Origin: a virus
Lineage: Duplodnaviria; Heunggongvirae; Uroviricota; Caudoviricetes
Virus record (IMG/VR): IMGVR_UViG_3300032007_000048
Coordinates: 1-64,000 of that record
Length of the DNA: 64,000 nt
Direction: 5' to 3' (one strand)
The stretch's first letter is position 1, and every line of letters starts with the position of its first letter. The translations under genes and the position numbers were made by a program. Shown here in pieces: positions 34,198 through 45,039 of this stretch. The notes beneath the pieces are model-generated. The model worked only from the letters and a program-made list of their open reading frames with translations, was not told where the DNA came from and searched no databases.

Positions 34198-35809
34198 TTT
34201 CTCTTATAGCGTTTAATTCCTTATAAAGCACATCAGTACCTGAATAACTTTTATCCGGTGGAAATTCTTTCTCACTAATAAAATTCAATGTTTTTTTCGC
34301 CCTTGTCCAAGCCACATACACCAAGTTCTTTTCAGATATTATTTCCCAATCTTTTTTGGCCAGTTTGTTTGGCATCAAAGATGGACATAATATGAACACA
34401 TTGTCATTCTCCAAACCTTTCGCCCTATGGACTGTGGACAAATGCACGAAGTTTTTATCTTCAGAACTGATATTTTTTGGTTTGTCAATAAATAGTGTCT
34501 TGATTTTGTTTATCAGTTCATTTTTGTCATTAACACCTTCCGACAACAAATCCAATGTAAGAATCTCATCATATATTGTCACTACATCTGACTCACCCAC
34601 AACACTTTTCAAGTCGGTTTGGTATAGTTCAGCGACATCTTCCCATGTTTTCACCAGGTTTTCTTTAAGTGACAATTTAACTTTATCCAAGTCATCGGTT
34701 TGGAAAGAGTTGATGCTGTTAATGAATTCTTTTCCGATTTCCACACCTTTTATATATACAGGGACATTCTTGTCAATCAGGTTAAGATAGAGTTTAACCA
34801 ATGGTGCCGTAAGTCTACATAAAACCATGTCACCTGGTTTGATTTCAGACAGGCTCACATTATAATTAATGCTTCCTTCTATGGCATTGGAATATGCCTC
34901 AAAATCAGGCACGATTTCCCTTGCTTTCTCAGCGATTGTCTTAGGACATCTATAAGATATGTTCAACACGAATTTCTTGACATTGGCTCTTTTGTTAAAG
35001 GTTTTGAAAGCATCCTCATCACTTCCTGCCCAAGCGTTAATCATTTGGAAACTGTCACCGAACAGGAAAAACCTTGAGTTTCTTTTCATACAGAAATCAA
35101 TAAGGTGTTGTTGAGCCAAAGATGAGTCTTGTGCCTCATCAATAAAAAGATAATCAAATTTGAAATAATTGGCGGTGACTATGCCTTTTTCGTATGGAAG
35201 CCAAATCATATCCGTATAGTCAACACAATCCGTATTCTCACATCCCCATTTCATTAGTTTTCTCACAACTTCACATTCGTTTGAAAAGGTTTTCACACCG
35301 TATTTTACAGCCATTTTAGCGATTTCTTTTTCTGATTGCATCAGGTTGTACCTTGAGTAGTCCAATAGCTTTTCCAAATTTTTAATATATCTACCTTTTT
35401 CCGCATTTGAAAAATCGTCAAAATTTCCAAGGAGTTCACTAATATGTGTGTTGATATATCTTATGTATTTGTTTTCATCCACTTTAATTTCCTTGTTTAA
35501 TGTTGATGTCAACAATCTGTAGCCCAAACTGTGATATGTGTAAACCACCACATTACTCAGTGGTTTTAGTTTTTGTTTCAGATTGTTCGCTATATGGACA
35601 TTATATGCCAATATCAAGACTTTTTTACTTGACGGTATGAAATAAGTTGACAGTTCTATGGTTTTGGATTTGCCACTTCCTGCCCTTGACTCAATGGAAC
35701 CGTTACCTATTCCGTATTTCACGAAATTGAATATTTCCAACTGTGAGGGTGACGGTTCAAAACCGTCACCGCAAACGCGTTTGAATATCTCATTATTTTT
35801 GTCAATCAT
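34169..35809 (-). CDS. SF1 DNA helicase (UvrD/Dda-like)
   Basis: 546 aa. Walker A RAGSGKSKT, motif II FIDEAQDS, motif VI-like TVHRAKGLENDNVFIL. Confidence 0.65.
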   Translation of the reverse strand: MIDKNNEIFKRVCGDGFEPSPSQLEIFNFVKYGIGNGSIESRAGSGKSKTIELSTYFIPSSKKVLILAYNVHIANNLKQKLKPLSNVVVYTYHSLGYRLLTSTLNKEIKVDENKYIRYINTHISELLGNFDDFSNAEKGRYIKNLEKLLDYSRYNLMQSEKEIAKMAVKYGVKTFSNECEVVRKLMKWGCENTDCVDYTDMIWLPYEKGIVTANYFKFDYLFIDEAQDSSLAQQHLIDFCMKRNSRFFLFGDSFQMINAWAGSDEDAFKTFNKRANVKKFVLNISYRCPKTIAEKAREIVPDFEAYSNAIEGSINYNVSLSEIKPGDMVLCRLTAPLVKLYLNLIDKNVPVYIKGVEIGKEFINSINSFQTDDLDKVKLSLKENLVKTWEDVAELYQTDLKSVVGESDVVTIYDEILTLDLLSEGVNDKNELINKIKTLFIDKPKNISSEDKNFVHLSTVHRAKGLENDNVFILCPSLMPNKLAKKDWEIISEKNLVYVAWTRAKKTLNFISEKEFPPDKSYSGTDVLYKELNAIRENVKEQIYET

Positions 35810-35825
35810 TCATAAAAACTTTTTC

Positions 35826-35833
35826 CAAAAATA
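35826..35833 (-). promoter_or_regulatory. Bacteroidetes-type -7 box TATTTTTG (minus strand)
   Basis: Plus-strand caaaaata lies 17 nt upstream of helicase ATG 35809. Confidence 0.3.
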
Positions 35834-35937
35834 CGAAAATAACTTGTACTTTCCAAACCTTGATACTAATTATAGGAAAACAATTTGATTTGAGGATATA
35901 TTTTTCGGTTACTGAGTCCCATTTCTAACAGTTTTTT

Positions 35938-35970
35938 ATGGTGGAAACGCAAAATCCACCATTTTTTTCT
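35938..35970 (+). terminator. hairpin plus T-run upstream of the structural operon (terminator or attenuator)
   Basis: ggtgga aacgcaaaa tccacc followed by atttttttct. There is no plus-strand gene immediately upstream. Confidence 0.4.
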
Positions 35971-36019
35971 ATTCTATAACTATTTATATTAAAATATTGT
36001 ATAAAATTAATATTGGATT

Positions 36020-36619
36020 ATGAGCAAGGTAATTTACAACAAAAATACAAGAACCTCAAGTGAGATTAGTGGTATGTTTGAACCTGGATATCAGTTAGGT
36101 GAAATAGTACTTGATAACAATTCAAACGCGCCTGGTTTGTGGATGACAAAACTTCTTGGCGGTACTCCCACACCGTTCAAACTTAATGATATTAAAAACA
36201 TGGTAGTGGACAGCGCGTTAGACAATACAGCCACCGGTGATGTGGCGGCAGGTGACACTGTTTTCAATGCTTTGTCAAAAGTAGCCAATGGTGCGGAAAA
36301 TAGAAAATTCACTAAGGTCAACACCCTTTCCAACTTAACTTTCAACACATTTTTAACAATAGCCACAATAAACACAGACACAACTTTGACCATATCAACA
36401 GACAGTTTGGTTTCAGTGCCTAACGGCTGTGTCAGGGAAGGACACTTGCTTATAAACAATACCGGTGCGTCAAACATTGCCATAACAATTGGGTCTGACA
36501 GTAGGGTCAGGACAACCAACGGCACGACATTTTCTGTTGAGGCAGGTGGTATAGGTGAGTTAAACGCCCTTGTCATTAATGACAACGGAACTTACACCAT
36601 CTACATTATCACATCATAA
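36020..36619 (+). CDS. hypothetical virion protein
   Basis: 199 aa, T/N/S-rich beta-type composition, first gene of the structural block. Confidence 0.45.
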   Translation: MSKVIYNKNTRTSSEISGMFEPGYQLGEIVLDNNSNAPGLWMTKLLGGTPTPFKLNDIKNMVVDSALDNTATGDVAAGDTVFNALSKVANGAENRKFTKVNTLSNLTFNTFLTIATINTDTTLTISTDSLVSVPNGCVREGHLLINNTGASNIAITIGSDSRVRTTNGTTFSVEAGGIGELNALVINDNGTYTIYIITS

Positions 36620-36677
36620 TTTAAGGATGTGATTTTTGTTTTTTTAAAAGAATTATGCAAAAGAAATTTAAAATATT

Positions 36678-39600
36678 ATGGCAAGAAGAAGGTTATTGTT
36701 CTCATATTTTTATTTAACATATAACAATCAGAAATATGGTGCTGAGTTCACGATATTACCGTTTAGTGAGGACGGTGATAACGCGGTTTTTTCAGTGACA
36801 TCAAGTAAACCTTGGGTATTGGTAAGTAAACCTGAGTGGGTCACATTATCAGCCAATGAGGGTGGAAAAGGTGAGACAACTGTTAATGTCTCTGTGGGTG
36901 TTAATCCTGAAACAGATATCAAAGAGGGTGACATCATCATAAGAACTATTGACGGTAGGTACAACGCAATCGCCCATGTGTCACAAAACGCCAATGTACC
37001 TTATATCCTTATTGATGGTGTTGACGGTGACAAACAGGTTGAGACCGATTTCAGAAGTGTCAGCAGCGCGTTTAACATTGTTGCTAAAGGCGGTTGGGAC
37101 ATTGTATGCACAAACTGTGAATGCGATGTTGACGAGGTGACGGAAACCGCCGTGACAACAACACCTATTATTATAACATATAACCAAAACACTGACACCG
37201 CATCAACTAAGACGCTTACAGCGGTTCTTACAAATAAAACCGACAACAGTATAGTAAGGACAATCACTATAACACAAGCACCTCAATCCTATATTGACTT
37301 AAACAGAACCGCCACCGCCAAAATACCTTACAACGGTGGAACAACAACATTTACGGTTGACACAAATATTGAAAGCACATTGACTGTTCCAAGCAATATC
37401 AGTTTGGATAAAACAAGTGTGTCATCAAGTGACACAATCACAATGACTGTTCCTGCGTTGACAACAGCACAGACAAGTGATATCACATACACCGTTACCG
37501 GTAATACAAGTGATTACAGTATTGTTGACGGTATAGCACAAGACACACTGCAAATCACACAAGAGGCTTATCCTTATTTGGATATAACAAATCTTACGGT
37601 TAACAGCGCAACAACATCAGGTAATATACCTTTTAGCAGTAACTATGGTCTTGTTATTACACTGTCTGACCCAAATCTAAGTAATGTGACAGTAAACAAC
37701 AACAATGTTTCTTTTACAATAAGTGAGGCACCTGCATGGACTGCGCAAACATATACATTAAGAGTTGCCACCACAGGTACTGTCGGTCCTGCGATAAGAA
37801 AGGACATTTCAATAACAAGAGACGCTAAAACCGCATATTTAACAGCGACAGCCAGCACAACAAATAAAAATTACGGGTCTACCTACATTCCAATCTCAAC
37901 TAATGATGATGTCACTGTTGAGATTTTGAGTGGTGGTGACTGGCTTACATTTAAAAATGTGTCTAATGGTAAAGCAAATTTCACTGTACAAGAAAATACG
38001 GGTACTGATGAAAGAGTAGCAAGGATAAGGATAACCACACAACATAACGGCTCAAATGGTGAGCCTGTTGTTGTTGAGACAACGTTAACGCAAACGGGTA
38101 AAGAGATATTATATAAAACCATTAATCTTCTTTTCGAACAAGACAGTAATGGTGATTGGTATGTGACATCAAGTTCAGATATAAGTGACACAATATCTGT
38201 TACTATAAGATATAACTCATATACCACTGTAATTACTGAAAACACAACATCATCAACGAAAGTTATGGGGGTCAATACAGCAACAGGTACTTCCATAGAA
38301 GGACTGTTGACATTTTCACCAGACAGGTATAGTGCCGCTGACTATGTTTATATCTTAACATATAATGACGCATATGTAACTTACACCGCAGTCAGGGAAG
38401 ATATCACAGTCACTTATAACTTAAAACAAGACAGTGACGGTATTTGGTATGTGCAGACATCTTCATCACCTAATGTCAGTATTCCTGTCAATTTCAAATC
38501 AGGCTCTACCACAAGTAGTAACATAAGTAGTGTGTCAAACACATATGTGAGTACCGGTTTTAAAAACAGTGTGGGTAACAACAACCCCAACATTGTCGGT
38601 GGTGTGTCATCATATCTTGACACGGCGGCAAGTAAATTGTATGTTATAACATATAACAAGGGTACAGTCACACCTTATAGTGAGACCCTTACCAATGTAG
38701 TGGCTGATAGCATAACATTACGATATAGTGACACTGATTTCCTTGCCAATGGTTCAGCGTCAACATCATCTATGTACTGTACACCAGAATTGTTTAGTGT
38801 AAATTATACGGCGACATACAGCAATAGTTTTGACAGCACCACAAGAACAGAAGCAGGTAGTACATATGGTAACAATTTAATAAATGAAATTAAATATACA
38901 CTTGCGGCCACTGGAAGAGGCGGTATTCGTGATACTTATAAGGTTTATGCCGCCAATAGAGGTACAACAACAGGTGACCCAAGAAACATTTTAACTATTA
39001 CAGGTGTGTCCTTCACTGTTTTAGGACGGACACTTAGCGGTACTGTGACACCAATCACTTTCACACAGGAAGCAAACAGAGTACAAAGAACTTATGTGGA
39101 AAGCGCAAGTACCGTTACAAGTGCGGCCACAGGCTCACCAACAACAACCTATTCCGATATTGGTTTTACTGTGTCAACAGATTCACCAGGTAATACTTTT
39201 GACGCGGCAGGAAAGGTTGTGGGTAAAACTTGGAGTTCAATTGACTTAACCGTCACTGAGACCGGTAAAACAAATGTTACACAAACTTATCAATACAATA
39301 GTACAAGTGCATTTACCCTAAGTTATACTTCAGGTGCTAAAGGTAATGACACCACAACAGATGCTTGGACTGATAGCATTACAACAGAAGGTCCGAATTA
39401 TTCCAATAGGGCGACATTTGACACCACATCAAAACCAAGTTGGCTTACTGTTTCAACCAAAGGTACTGATAAGTATAATATAACGGCTCTAAATAGAGGT
39501 ACAACAACAGGTGATGAAAGGAGCAAGGAATTAAAATTCAAAAGCACCAAAGATTCTTCTAAAACAACCGGTGTCACAATCACACAGTTACAAAACTACT

Positions 39601-41414
39601 ATGAGACTTCAACATCCACTTCAACAAGAGTTGTCTCTGGAACTACAGTTGATTCAACAACATATAGTGGTGTGACAATTGACCTTGTTTTGACTGAGCA
39701 TAATATTAACGCTGATGGTAACACGCCCAACGGTAAGTCTTCCATTTCAGGTACAGCGACTGAAACAGGCGCGGAAATTAAACATTATGTACAAACAAGA
39801 TACACAGACACAGGTTATACATATACATTTGATTCAGGTGAGATAAGTGCAGGAACAAAAACTGACATAACAGGCGTACGTATTGAAGATAAACTTGTCA
39901 CCTCACCTTATACACTTGATAGAACAAGTTCGATTACTGAAAGTAGTAACCCCACAAGCAGTTTTACTATTTCTTCAACTAGTCCAAGAAGGATTACGGC
40001 ACCGAATAGAGGTACAACGGTAGGTTCGGCAAGAAGTGCAACGTACAAAGTTACAGCACTTCATGATAGTAGTGTGTCCGACAGTGAAACAATTACACAA
40101 CAGAAAAACGAAGTTATAAATAGTGGTGTTACCCCAACCACCGCAACAACACCATATAACACAACATATAGTAATGTGAACATTGTTCTTACATTATCAG
40201 AAAACACATTTAAGGCTGATGGTAATACTTTAAATGGAAACACTGCTGTGACTGCGACCGCAACAGAAACAGGTAACGCTGTTAACCACTATAAGGTGAC
40301 ACGAACAACCGCATATACTTACACTTCAAACGCCACAAGCAGTAGCACAGAATCGTTATCTGATAAAACAGTCACATCTACTTATACGCTTGATAGGACA
40401 AGTGATATTTCCAAAAGTAGTGGTAATAGTAATTTTAGTATTTCTTCAACCAGTGATAACCCAAGAAAAATTACTGTTCCAAGTAGATTTACAACGGTAG
40501 GTTCAGCAAGAAGTGCGACATATAAAGTTACGGCATCGGGTGATAGCAGTGTATCAGACAGCAAGACTGTTACACAACAAGCGAATGAAGTTGTTGGTGA
40601 GAAATACATTGATATTAGAAGTGGTGTTGAAATCAGTGCGGCGACCGCAACCAATTGTCATTTTGAATTAAATTCTAATTCATTTACCGCTAAAACAGGT
40701 AATTTGTCAACAAGTGTGGTTGTTAAATCTTCTATTGATACCCAAAGAATTACAGGTGTTACCGCTGATAGATATGATGTTTACTCATCTAACGCAAGTG
40801 CGTTAACTCATAATGATATGGTGGTATCAGCAAATACTGTTAATCAATATTATGTGCCTATTCAACCGACAGTAACAAAATACGGTTCATACAGTAGCAG
40901 TATTAGTGTCAGTAATCCTACTGTAAGTACAAGTAGTTACACTTATACAATTACTTGTCCAAATTTATCAACTGAAAGTGTAGTTACATTAGGAAATGTG
41001 GAATTTTCAAGTCCTTCCGGTTCATGCAGTAATAGAATTAATTTGTATTACTCTGGTGCCACAAGTACAGTTTATCCAACAGTATCAGCTTCTATGTACA
41101 TAGCCGATGGTTATTGGGGTGTAAATTTAATTTTTGATGCTTTGGACGCAACTACAGGTGTTTCATGGACTTGTGGCGGTTCGTACCAAGTAACAATTAC
41201 TGATGGTGGTAATGATTATCCTTACAGTGGTTACTTTAATGTTACTGGTCATTGTGATGATACGGAACAAGTGGTTATTGACGATGCAAGTGGTGATTTT
41301 TTATCCCACAAAAGAAAGGGCAATTCTATATTTTTAAGAAGTAACCATACAGTAAGTTCAACTGCATATTATTCACATGAAAATGTTTCTTGTAGCCAAC
41401 CAAGTGGCGTATAA
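36678..41414 (+). CDS. giant BACON-domain repeat protein (virion/tail associated)
   Basis: 1578 aa, S/T-rich. Multiple BACON-type repeats (for example PSWLTVSTKGTDKYNITALNRGTTTGDERSKELKF; SPRRITAPNRGTTVGSARSATYKVTA; KPWVLVSKPEWVTLSANEGGKGETTVNVSV). Confidence 0.65.
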   Translation: MARRRLLFSYFYLTYNNQKYGAEFTILPFSEDGDNAVFSVTSSKPWVLVSKPEWVTLSANEGGKGETTVNVSVGVNPETDIKEGDIIIRTIDGRYNAIAHVSQNANVPYILIDGVDGDKQVETDFRSVSSAFNIVAKGGWDIVCTNCECDVDEVTETAVTTTPIIITYNQNTDTASTKTLTAVLTNKTDNSIVRTITITQAPQSYIDLNRTATAKIPYNGGTTTFTVDTNIESTLTVPSNISLDKTSVSSSDTITMTVPALTTAQTSDITYTVTGNTSDYSIVDGIAQDTLQITQEAYPYLDITNLTVNSATTSGNIPFSSNYGLVITLSDPNLSNVTVNNNNVSFTISEAPAWTAQTYTLRVATTGTVGPAIRKDISITRDAKTAYLTATASTTNKNYGSTYIPISTNDDVTVEILSGGDWLTFKNVSNGKANFTVQENTGTDERVARIRITTQHNGSNGEPVVVETTLTQTGKEILYKTINLLFEQDSNGDWYVTSSSDISDTISVTIRYNSYTTVITENTTSSTKVMGVNTATGTSIEGLLTFSPDRYSAADYVYILTYNDAYVTYTAVREDITVTYNLKQDSDGIWYVQTSSSPNVSIPVNFKSGSTTSSNISSVSNTYVSTGFKNSVGNNNPNIVGGVSSYLDTAASKLYVITYNKGTVTPYSETLTNVVADSITLRYSDTDFLANGSASTSSMYCTPELFSVNYTATYSNSFDSTTRTEAGSTYGNNLINEIKYTLAATGRGGIRDTYKVYAANRGTTTGDPRNILTITGVSFTVLGRTLSGTVTPITFTQEANRVQRTYVESASTVTSAATGSPTTTYSDIGFTVSTDSPGNTFDAAGKVVGKTWSSIDLTVTETGKTNVTQTYQYNSTSAFTLSYTSGAKGNDTTTDAWTDSITTEGPNYSNRATFDTTSKPSWLTVSTKGTDKYNITALNRGTTTGDERSKELKFKSTKDSSKTTGVTITQLQNYYETSTSTSTRVVSGTTVDSTTYSGVTIDLVLTEHNINADGNTPNGKSSISGTATETGAEIKHYVQTRYTDTGYTYTFDSGEISAGTKTDITGVRIEDKLVTSPYTLDRTSSITESSNPTSSFTISSTSPRRITAPNRGTTVGSARSATYKVTALHDSSVSDSETITQQKNEVINSGVTPTTATTPYNTTYSNVNIVLTLSENTFKADGNTLNGNTAVTATATETGNAVNHYKVTRTTAYTYTSNATSSSTESLSDKTVTSTYTLDRTSDISKSSGNSNFSISSTSDNPRKITVPSRFTTVGSARSATYKVTASGDSSVSDSKTVTQQANEVVGEKYIDIRSGVEISAATATNCHFELNSNSFTAKTGNLSTSVVVKSSIDTQRITGVTADRYDVYSSNASALTHNDMVVSANTVNQYYVPIQPTVTKYGSYSSSISVSNPTVSTSSYTYTITCPNLSTESVVTLGNVEFSSPSGSCSNRINLYYSGATSTVYPTVSASMYIADGYWGVNLIFDALDATTGVSWTCGGSYQVTITDGGNDYPYSGYFNVTGHCDDTEQVVIDDASGDFLSHKRKGNSIFLRSNHTVSSTAYYSHENVSCSQPSGV

Positions 41415-41427
41415 TGATTTTAATGTT

Positions 41428-41462
41428 AATTCCCTCCTAAAATTAGGAGGGAATTTTTATTA
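41428..41462. terminator. bidirectional intrinsic terminator
   Basis: aattccctcct aaaatt aggagggaatt followed by ttttat. Confidence 0.7.
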
Positions 41463-41690
41463 AATAATACTATTACCGACATTTGTTTTTATTGGACTCA
41501 GGTATTTCCATCCGTTTTTTTCCTCTGTTTCCACAAGTTTATCAAAGTCCTCCTGATAAGCAGGTGGAAGAAGTCCACCGTCCATATAATAGTTTCCGTG
41601 TATTCTGTAAATATCAGTGTTTACTCTGATGCTTCCACCTTCATTAAGGGGAATTTCTTTCACTACAATAAATTGACAATCTTTTTTCAT
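41460..41690 (-). CDS. hypothetical small protein
   Basis: 76-aa ORF. Confidence 0.4.
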   Translation of the reverse strand: MKKDCQFIVVKEIPLNEGGSIRVNTDIYRIHGNYYMDGGLLPPAYQEDFDKLVETEEKNGWKYLSPIKTNVGNSII

Positions 41691-41728
41691 GCTTTTTTGT
41701 TTTTATTTTTTTATTATTCGTGAAGCAT

Positions 41729-42370
41729 TTAATCAACCAATATCAAAGTCACATAATATTGAGGTTTTCCTGTGTGTGAAATATCCATCTCAACACTATC
41801 AATTTTAAATGAGTTAGCTATGACATATGTGTTTAACAATTTGTCATCAACATAAACATCCATCAATATTGTTTTGAAAAATCTGTCCTGAACGGTGGGG
41901 GTATTAGTCAAAAGAAGTCCAAAAAACTCGTTGTAAAGATTATAATGGGGGGATACGGTAAACATCATTTTTCTTCTTAAATTGTTCTCGTACTTGAAAC
42001 TGATGTCATGTATTTCGTCAATTGACGGATATGTGTTTATATCCATTGTTGGCGTGTCGTCAAAATACACCTTACATTTGTACTTTTTTTCCTTGTTGTC
42101 TTTAAGTATTTCGGTGATGGTATCGTCAGAAACATCATAAGTCTCAGGTTTAGTGTAAGTGCAGTTTTCCTTGTTTTCAAACTTTTCTTTTGAGATATTG
42201 TTGGTTAATAGATTTTCATCTATAGTTGTTTCTATGTTATTTTTGGCTGTTTTATCTTTAGCAATATTAGTTCCAATATGCCTGATTTTAATACTGTCAC
42301 TTGTGTTTTCGTGATTGTTTTTGTTACGAATTGTGTCATTCATCTTTTTTATAAATCTTTTGTCATCCAT
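41729..42370 (-). CDS. hypothetical protein
   Basis: 213-aa ORF. Confidence 0.45.
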   Translation of the reverse strand: MDDKRFIKKMNDTIRNKNNHENTSDSIKIRHIGTNIAKDKTAKNNIETTIDENLLTNNISKEKFENKENCTYTKPETYDVSDDTITEILKDNKEKKYKCKVYFDDTPTMDINTYPSIDEIHDISFKYENNLRRKMMFTVSPHYNLYNEFFGLLLTNTPTVQDRFFKTILMDVYVDDKLLNTYVIANSFKIDSVEMDISHTGKPQYYVTLILVD

Positions 42371-42390
42371 AATAATTTAAATTTAATTTG

Positions 42391-43254
42391 TTATTTTATT
42401 ATTTTTTTAATTAAATCAGTTTTATCTGTTGTTGGGATTATCTCATAAGTCCCGTCATCTTTAAGCCAAATAATCCTTCTCCCCAAGACCTTTAAACCAA
42501 TATCTTTGAGACATAGATTATATGCGGACAACTGTATTGTATATCCTCCGAACGGTTCATCATACAAATCATCGAACGGATAATATAACATTTTATGATT
42601 GGTTCTTGAATATTCTTTATATAGTTCCCTATTGGTTTTCCAATCCATGATGATTAAACCGCTTTTACTATCATCAGTTGGATGTTTAAAATAAACCAAC
42701 AAATCAAATGTACCTGCAAAGTTTTTACTATATTGTATATTTGGATTAGCACTTGTGTAAACTTTTGTCTCAGGCAAAACAACCCACATATTGTCAGGAA
42801 ATTCGTTCCAGAATTTTAATGCCGCTTCTTCTTTTGTTCTTGTCGGTATTAACCAATTTTTATCGGCAATGTACTTATACTTATTATCATCAGTAATGTT
42901 TTCAGGATGACCCATATGAAGCCAAGCAAGTGACTCACCGTAACTATGTACTTGTGTTCCGGAAATAGTCGCTTTTAAATTCGTGAATTTCCATTGGTCT
43001 AACCAGTATTCAGGTGTCTCACCGTTTTTTTCGGCATAGGCGATTGCTTTTTGTACCGAATCAAATTCTTCCTCAAATTGTGACACAAATAATGAGACAG
43101 AAATTAGTTCCTTATCACCCAAAAAATATTTGTGTCCCTCATCTATAAACACCAAATTATCGAAAGTGTCTAATATCTTGTTTCTGATATCAGTCACTTC
43201 CTGTGGTTCACCAATAACCTTTACCCTATATTTATCTTCATTCCTTAACGGCAT
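42391..43254 (-). CDS. putative PD-(D/E)XK-family nuclease
   Basis: 287 aa. GTFDLLVY ... IIMDWKTN resembles motifs II and III (D ... D-x-K). This is a weak call. Confidence 0.35.
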   Translation of the reverse strand: MPLRNEDKYRVKVIGEPQEVTDIRNKILDTFDNLVFIDEGHKYFLGDKELISVSLFVSQFEEEFDSVQKAIAYAEKNGETPEYWLDQWKFTNLKATISGTQVHSYGESLAWLHMGHPENITDDNKYKYIADKNWLIPTRTKEEAALKFWNEFPDNMWVVLPETKVYTSANPNIQYSKNFAGTFDLLVYFKHPTDDSKSGLIIMDWKTNRELYKEYSRTNHKMLYYPFDDLYDEPFGGYTIQLSAYNLCLKDIGLKVLGRRIIWLKDDGTYEIIPTTDKTDLIKKIIK

Positions 43255-43420
43255 TCTGTTCTCCTTTTTCCAATTCAGTTATTAATGCGTCAGCCATTCT
43301 AATTGATAATTTGGCAACAATTTTTGGAGCGGCCTCCAATGCGGTACCAAATGTACCACTTTCCAAAATACCTTGCATTGCGTTTACAGCAGCGGTAAAT
43401 CTTTTGTCATCAACACTCAT
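43238..43420 (-). CDS. hypothetical small protein
   Basis: 60-aa ORF overlapping neighbours. Confidence 0.3.
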   Translation of the reverse strand: MSVDDKRFTAAVNAMQGILESGTFGTALEAAPKIVAKLSIRMADALITELEKGEQNAVKE

Positions 43421-44265
43421 TGAATTTTAAATTTGTTCTTTATTGTTATTACGGATGGTGAAACATTGTCAAATGTATAAACAGCGTTTTTCATCCTTGG
43501 GTCAATGTACAGTTTAATGTTTTTGTCTAGTTTAGTTTTATCAATTTCTAACAAGCAATATTCATTTGTTTGTTGTTTGTCGTCTCTTGAGTTATTAAAA
43601 CTATTTGAAATTATAGAAGCGGTGTAATTATCAATTTCTTTAATGAAAAAATAAATTCTGTCAGGATTTGTGAAATCATTTCTTTCTGTATATTTAGGCA
43701 CTATGCCATTTTTAAGTATCTTTTTTATATTTTTACTATTTGTTAAATGATAAAGAAATTTTATACTTTTGTCATTAAAAATATATTCAGTTACATCCGT
43801 ACCGTATTTTTCTTCGTACTGTAATATAATCCAATCATTATATGGTTTTCCTTTAAATGTTAATGTTTTGGAAGCACTATAAAACCATCCATATTTGTTC
43901 ATTTTTTTATCAATTTGTTCTTTGTTAACATCAAGATACTCATTATTGGGCAGGATAATGACGATAACATCTTCTTTTGTTGTAGGTACGGTAGTTTTAT
44001 CTATTAAACCGTCATATTTTGTTTTGTTAGTTAAAAAATCACCTAAATAACACAGTCCAAGTTCTAAATTGTAAATGTCGGCTAATGTGGTAACAACTTT
44101 CTCAATATCATATGTTTCAATTAAACCTTCATTAATAAAAAACGGTACGTCAAAAATAATGGAATCCATTATTTTTGTTTCCACTAAAATTGGTTTCTTT
44201 TTATATTTTTTGTTACCAAATGTTTCTTTAACTATTTCACTAAAAAGTGTTTTTTCTCTTTTCAT
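43417..44265 (-). CDS. hypothetical protein
   Basis: 282-aa ORF. Confidence 0.45.
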   Translation of the reverse strand: MKREKTLFSEIVKETFGNKKYKKKPILVETKIMDSIIFDVPFFINEGLIETYDIEKVVTTLADIYNLELGLCYLGDFLTNKTKYDGLIDKTTVPTTKEDVIVIILPNNEYLDVNKEQIDKKMNKYGWFYSASKTLTFKGKPYNDWIILQYEEKYGTDVTEYIFNDKSIKFLYHLTNSKNIKKILKNGIVPKYTERNDFTNPDRIYFFIKEIDNYTASIISNSFNNSRDDKQQTNEYCLLEIDKTKLDKNIKLYIDPRMKNAVYTFDNVSPSVITIKNKFKIQ

Positions 44266-44597
44266 TATGCTTTCTTTTTTCTCCTATTTATTTCTTCGAC
44301 AACCAACTCATGAAATGTTTTTTCTTCCCTCATGACATAATGGCCAAATTGGTCTTTTCCGTGTATAGGCTTACAATGGTGTTCCATTTCAAGTCTCTTC
44401 GCAAAAACATCCAATAAGAAACGGTTACCGACTTCGTATGGATAATGGTCAGCAAAATGTATTTTTGTTCCGACAGGTGAAGAAAAAAAATCTTGTATAA
44501 GTTCGTCAACAATTCTTGTTGTTCTACCTGTGGCTCTACTGTTAAGTATCATCAGAAGTTCTTCGTCAGACACATATTTCAAACTACTATCTTTCAT
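44265..44597 (-). CDS. hypothetical protein
   Basis: 110-aa ORF. Confidence 0.4.
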   Translation of the reverse strand: MKDSSLKYVSDEELLMILNSRATGRTTRIVDELIQDFFSSPVGTKIHFADHYPYEVGNRFLLDVFAKRLEMEHHCKPIHGKDQFGHYVMREEKTFHELVVEEINRRKKKA

Positions 44598-44958
44598 TTC
44601 TTTTACGTATTGCTTTTATTTTTTCTTTTATTAAGCGTTCCTCTAATTTTTTCTTTATCACATCCCCATGACAAGTTTTGGGCTTACAGAAACAACCAAG
44701 ATAAACTTCCTCACCGTTTTTGTATTTTTCAAAAATCTCATCAACAATATCAGTAAACTCCTTGTTATGGCCATACATAATGTCAAAATATTCACCATAT
44801 TTTTCTATTGTTTCTTCCCTATCAGAACACTGAAACAAAGCAAGTGTTTTCTCAACATCCAAATAAGTGTAAGGATTGGATAAAATACTTGGCCTCCCTA
44901 TATAATAATAGTTCGGATAAGTTGTTTTATCTGTGTTTATGTTTATGATGTTAATCAT
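44587..44958 (-). CDS. hypothetical protein
   Basis: 123-aa ORF. Confidence 0.4.
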   Translation of the reverse strand: MINIININTDKTTYPNYYYIGRPSILSNPYTYLDVEKTLALFQCSDREETIEKYGEYFDIMYGHNKEFTDIVDEIFEKYKNGEEVYLGCFCKPKTCHGDVIKKKLEERLIKEKIKAIRKRNER

Positions 44959-45039
44959 TTTTTACAAAAATACAAATTATTACGGAATTAAACAATACTT
45001 TTATTAAGATTTTGATATTTATGGTTATATAATGTTTTT

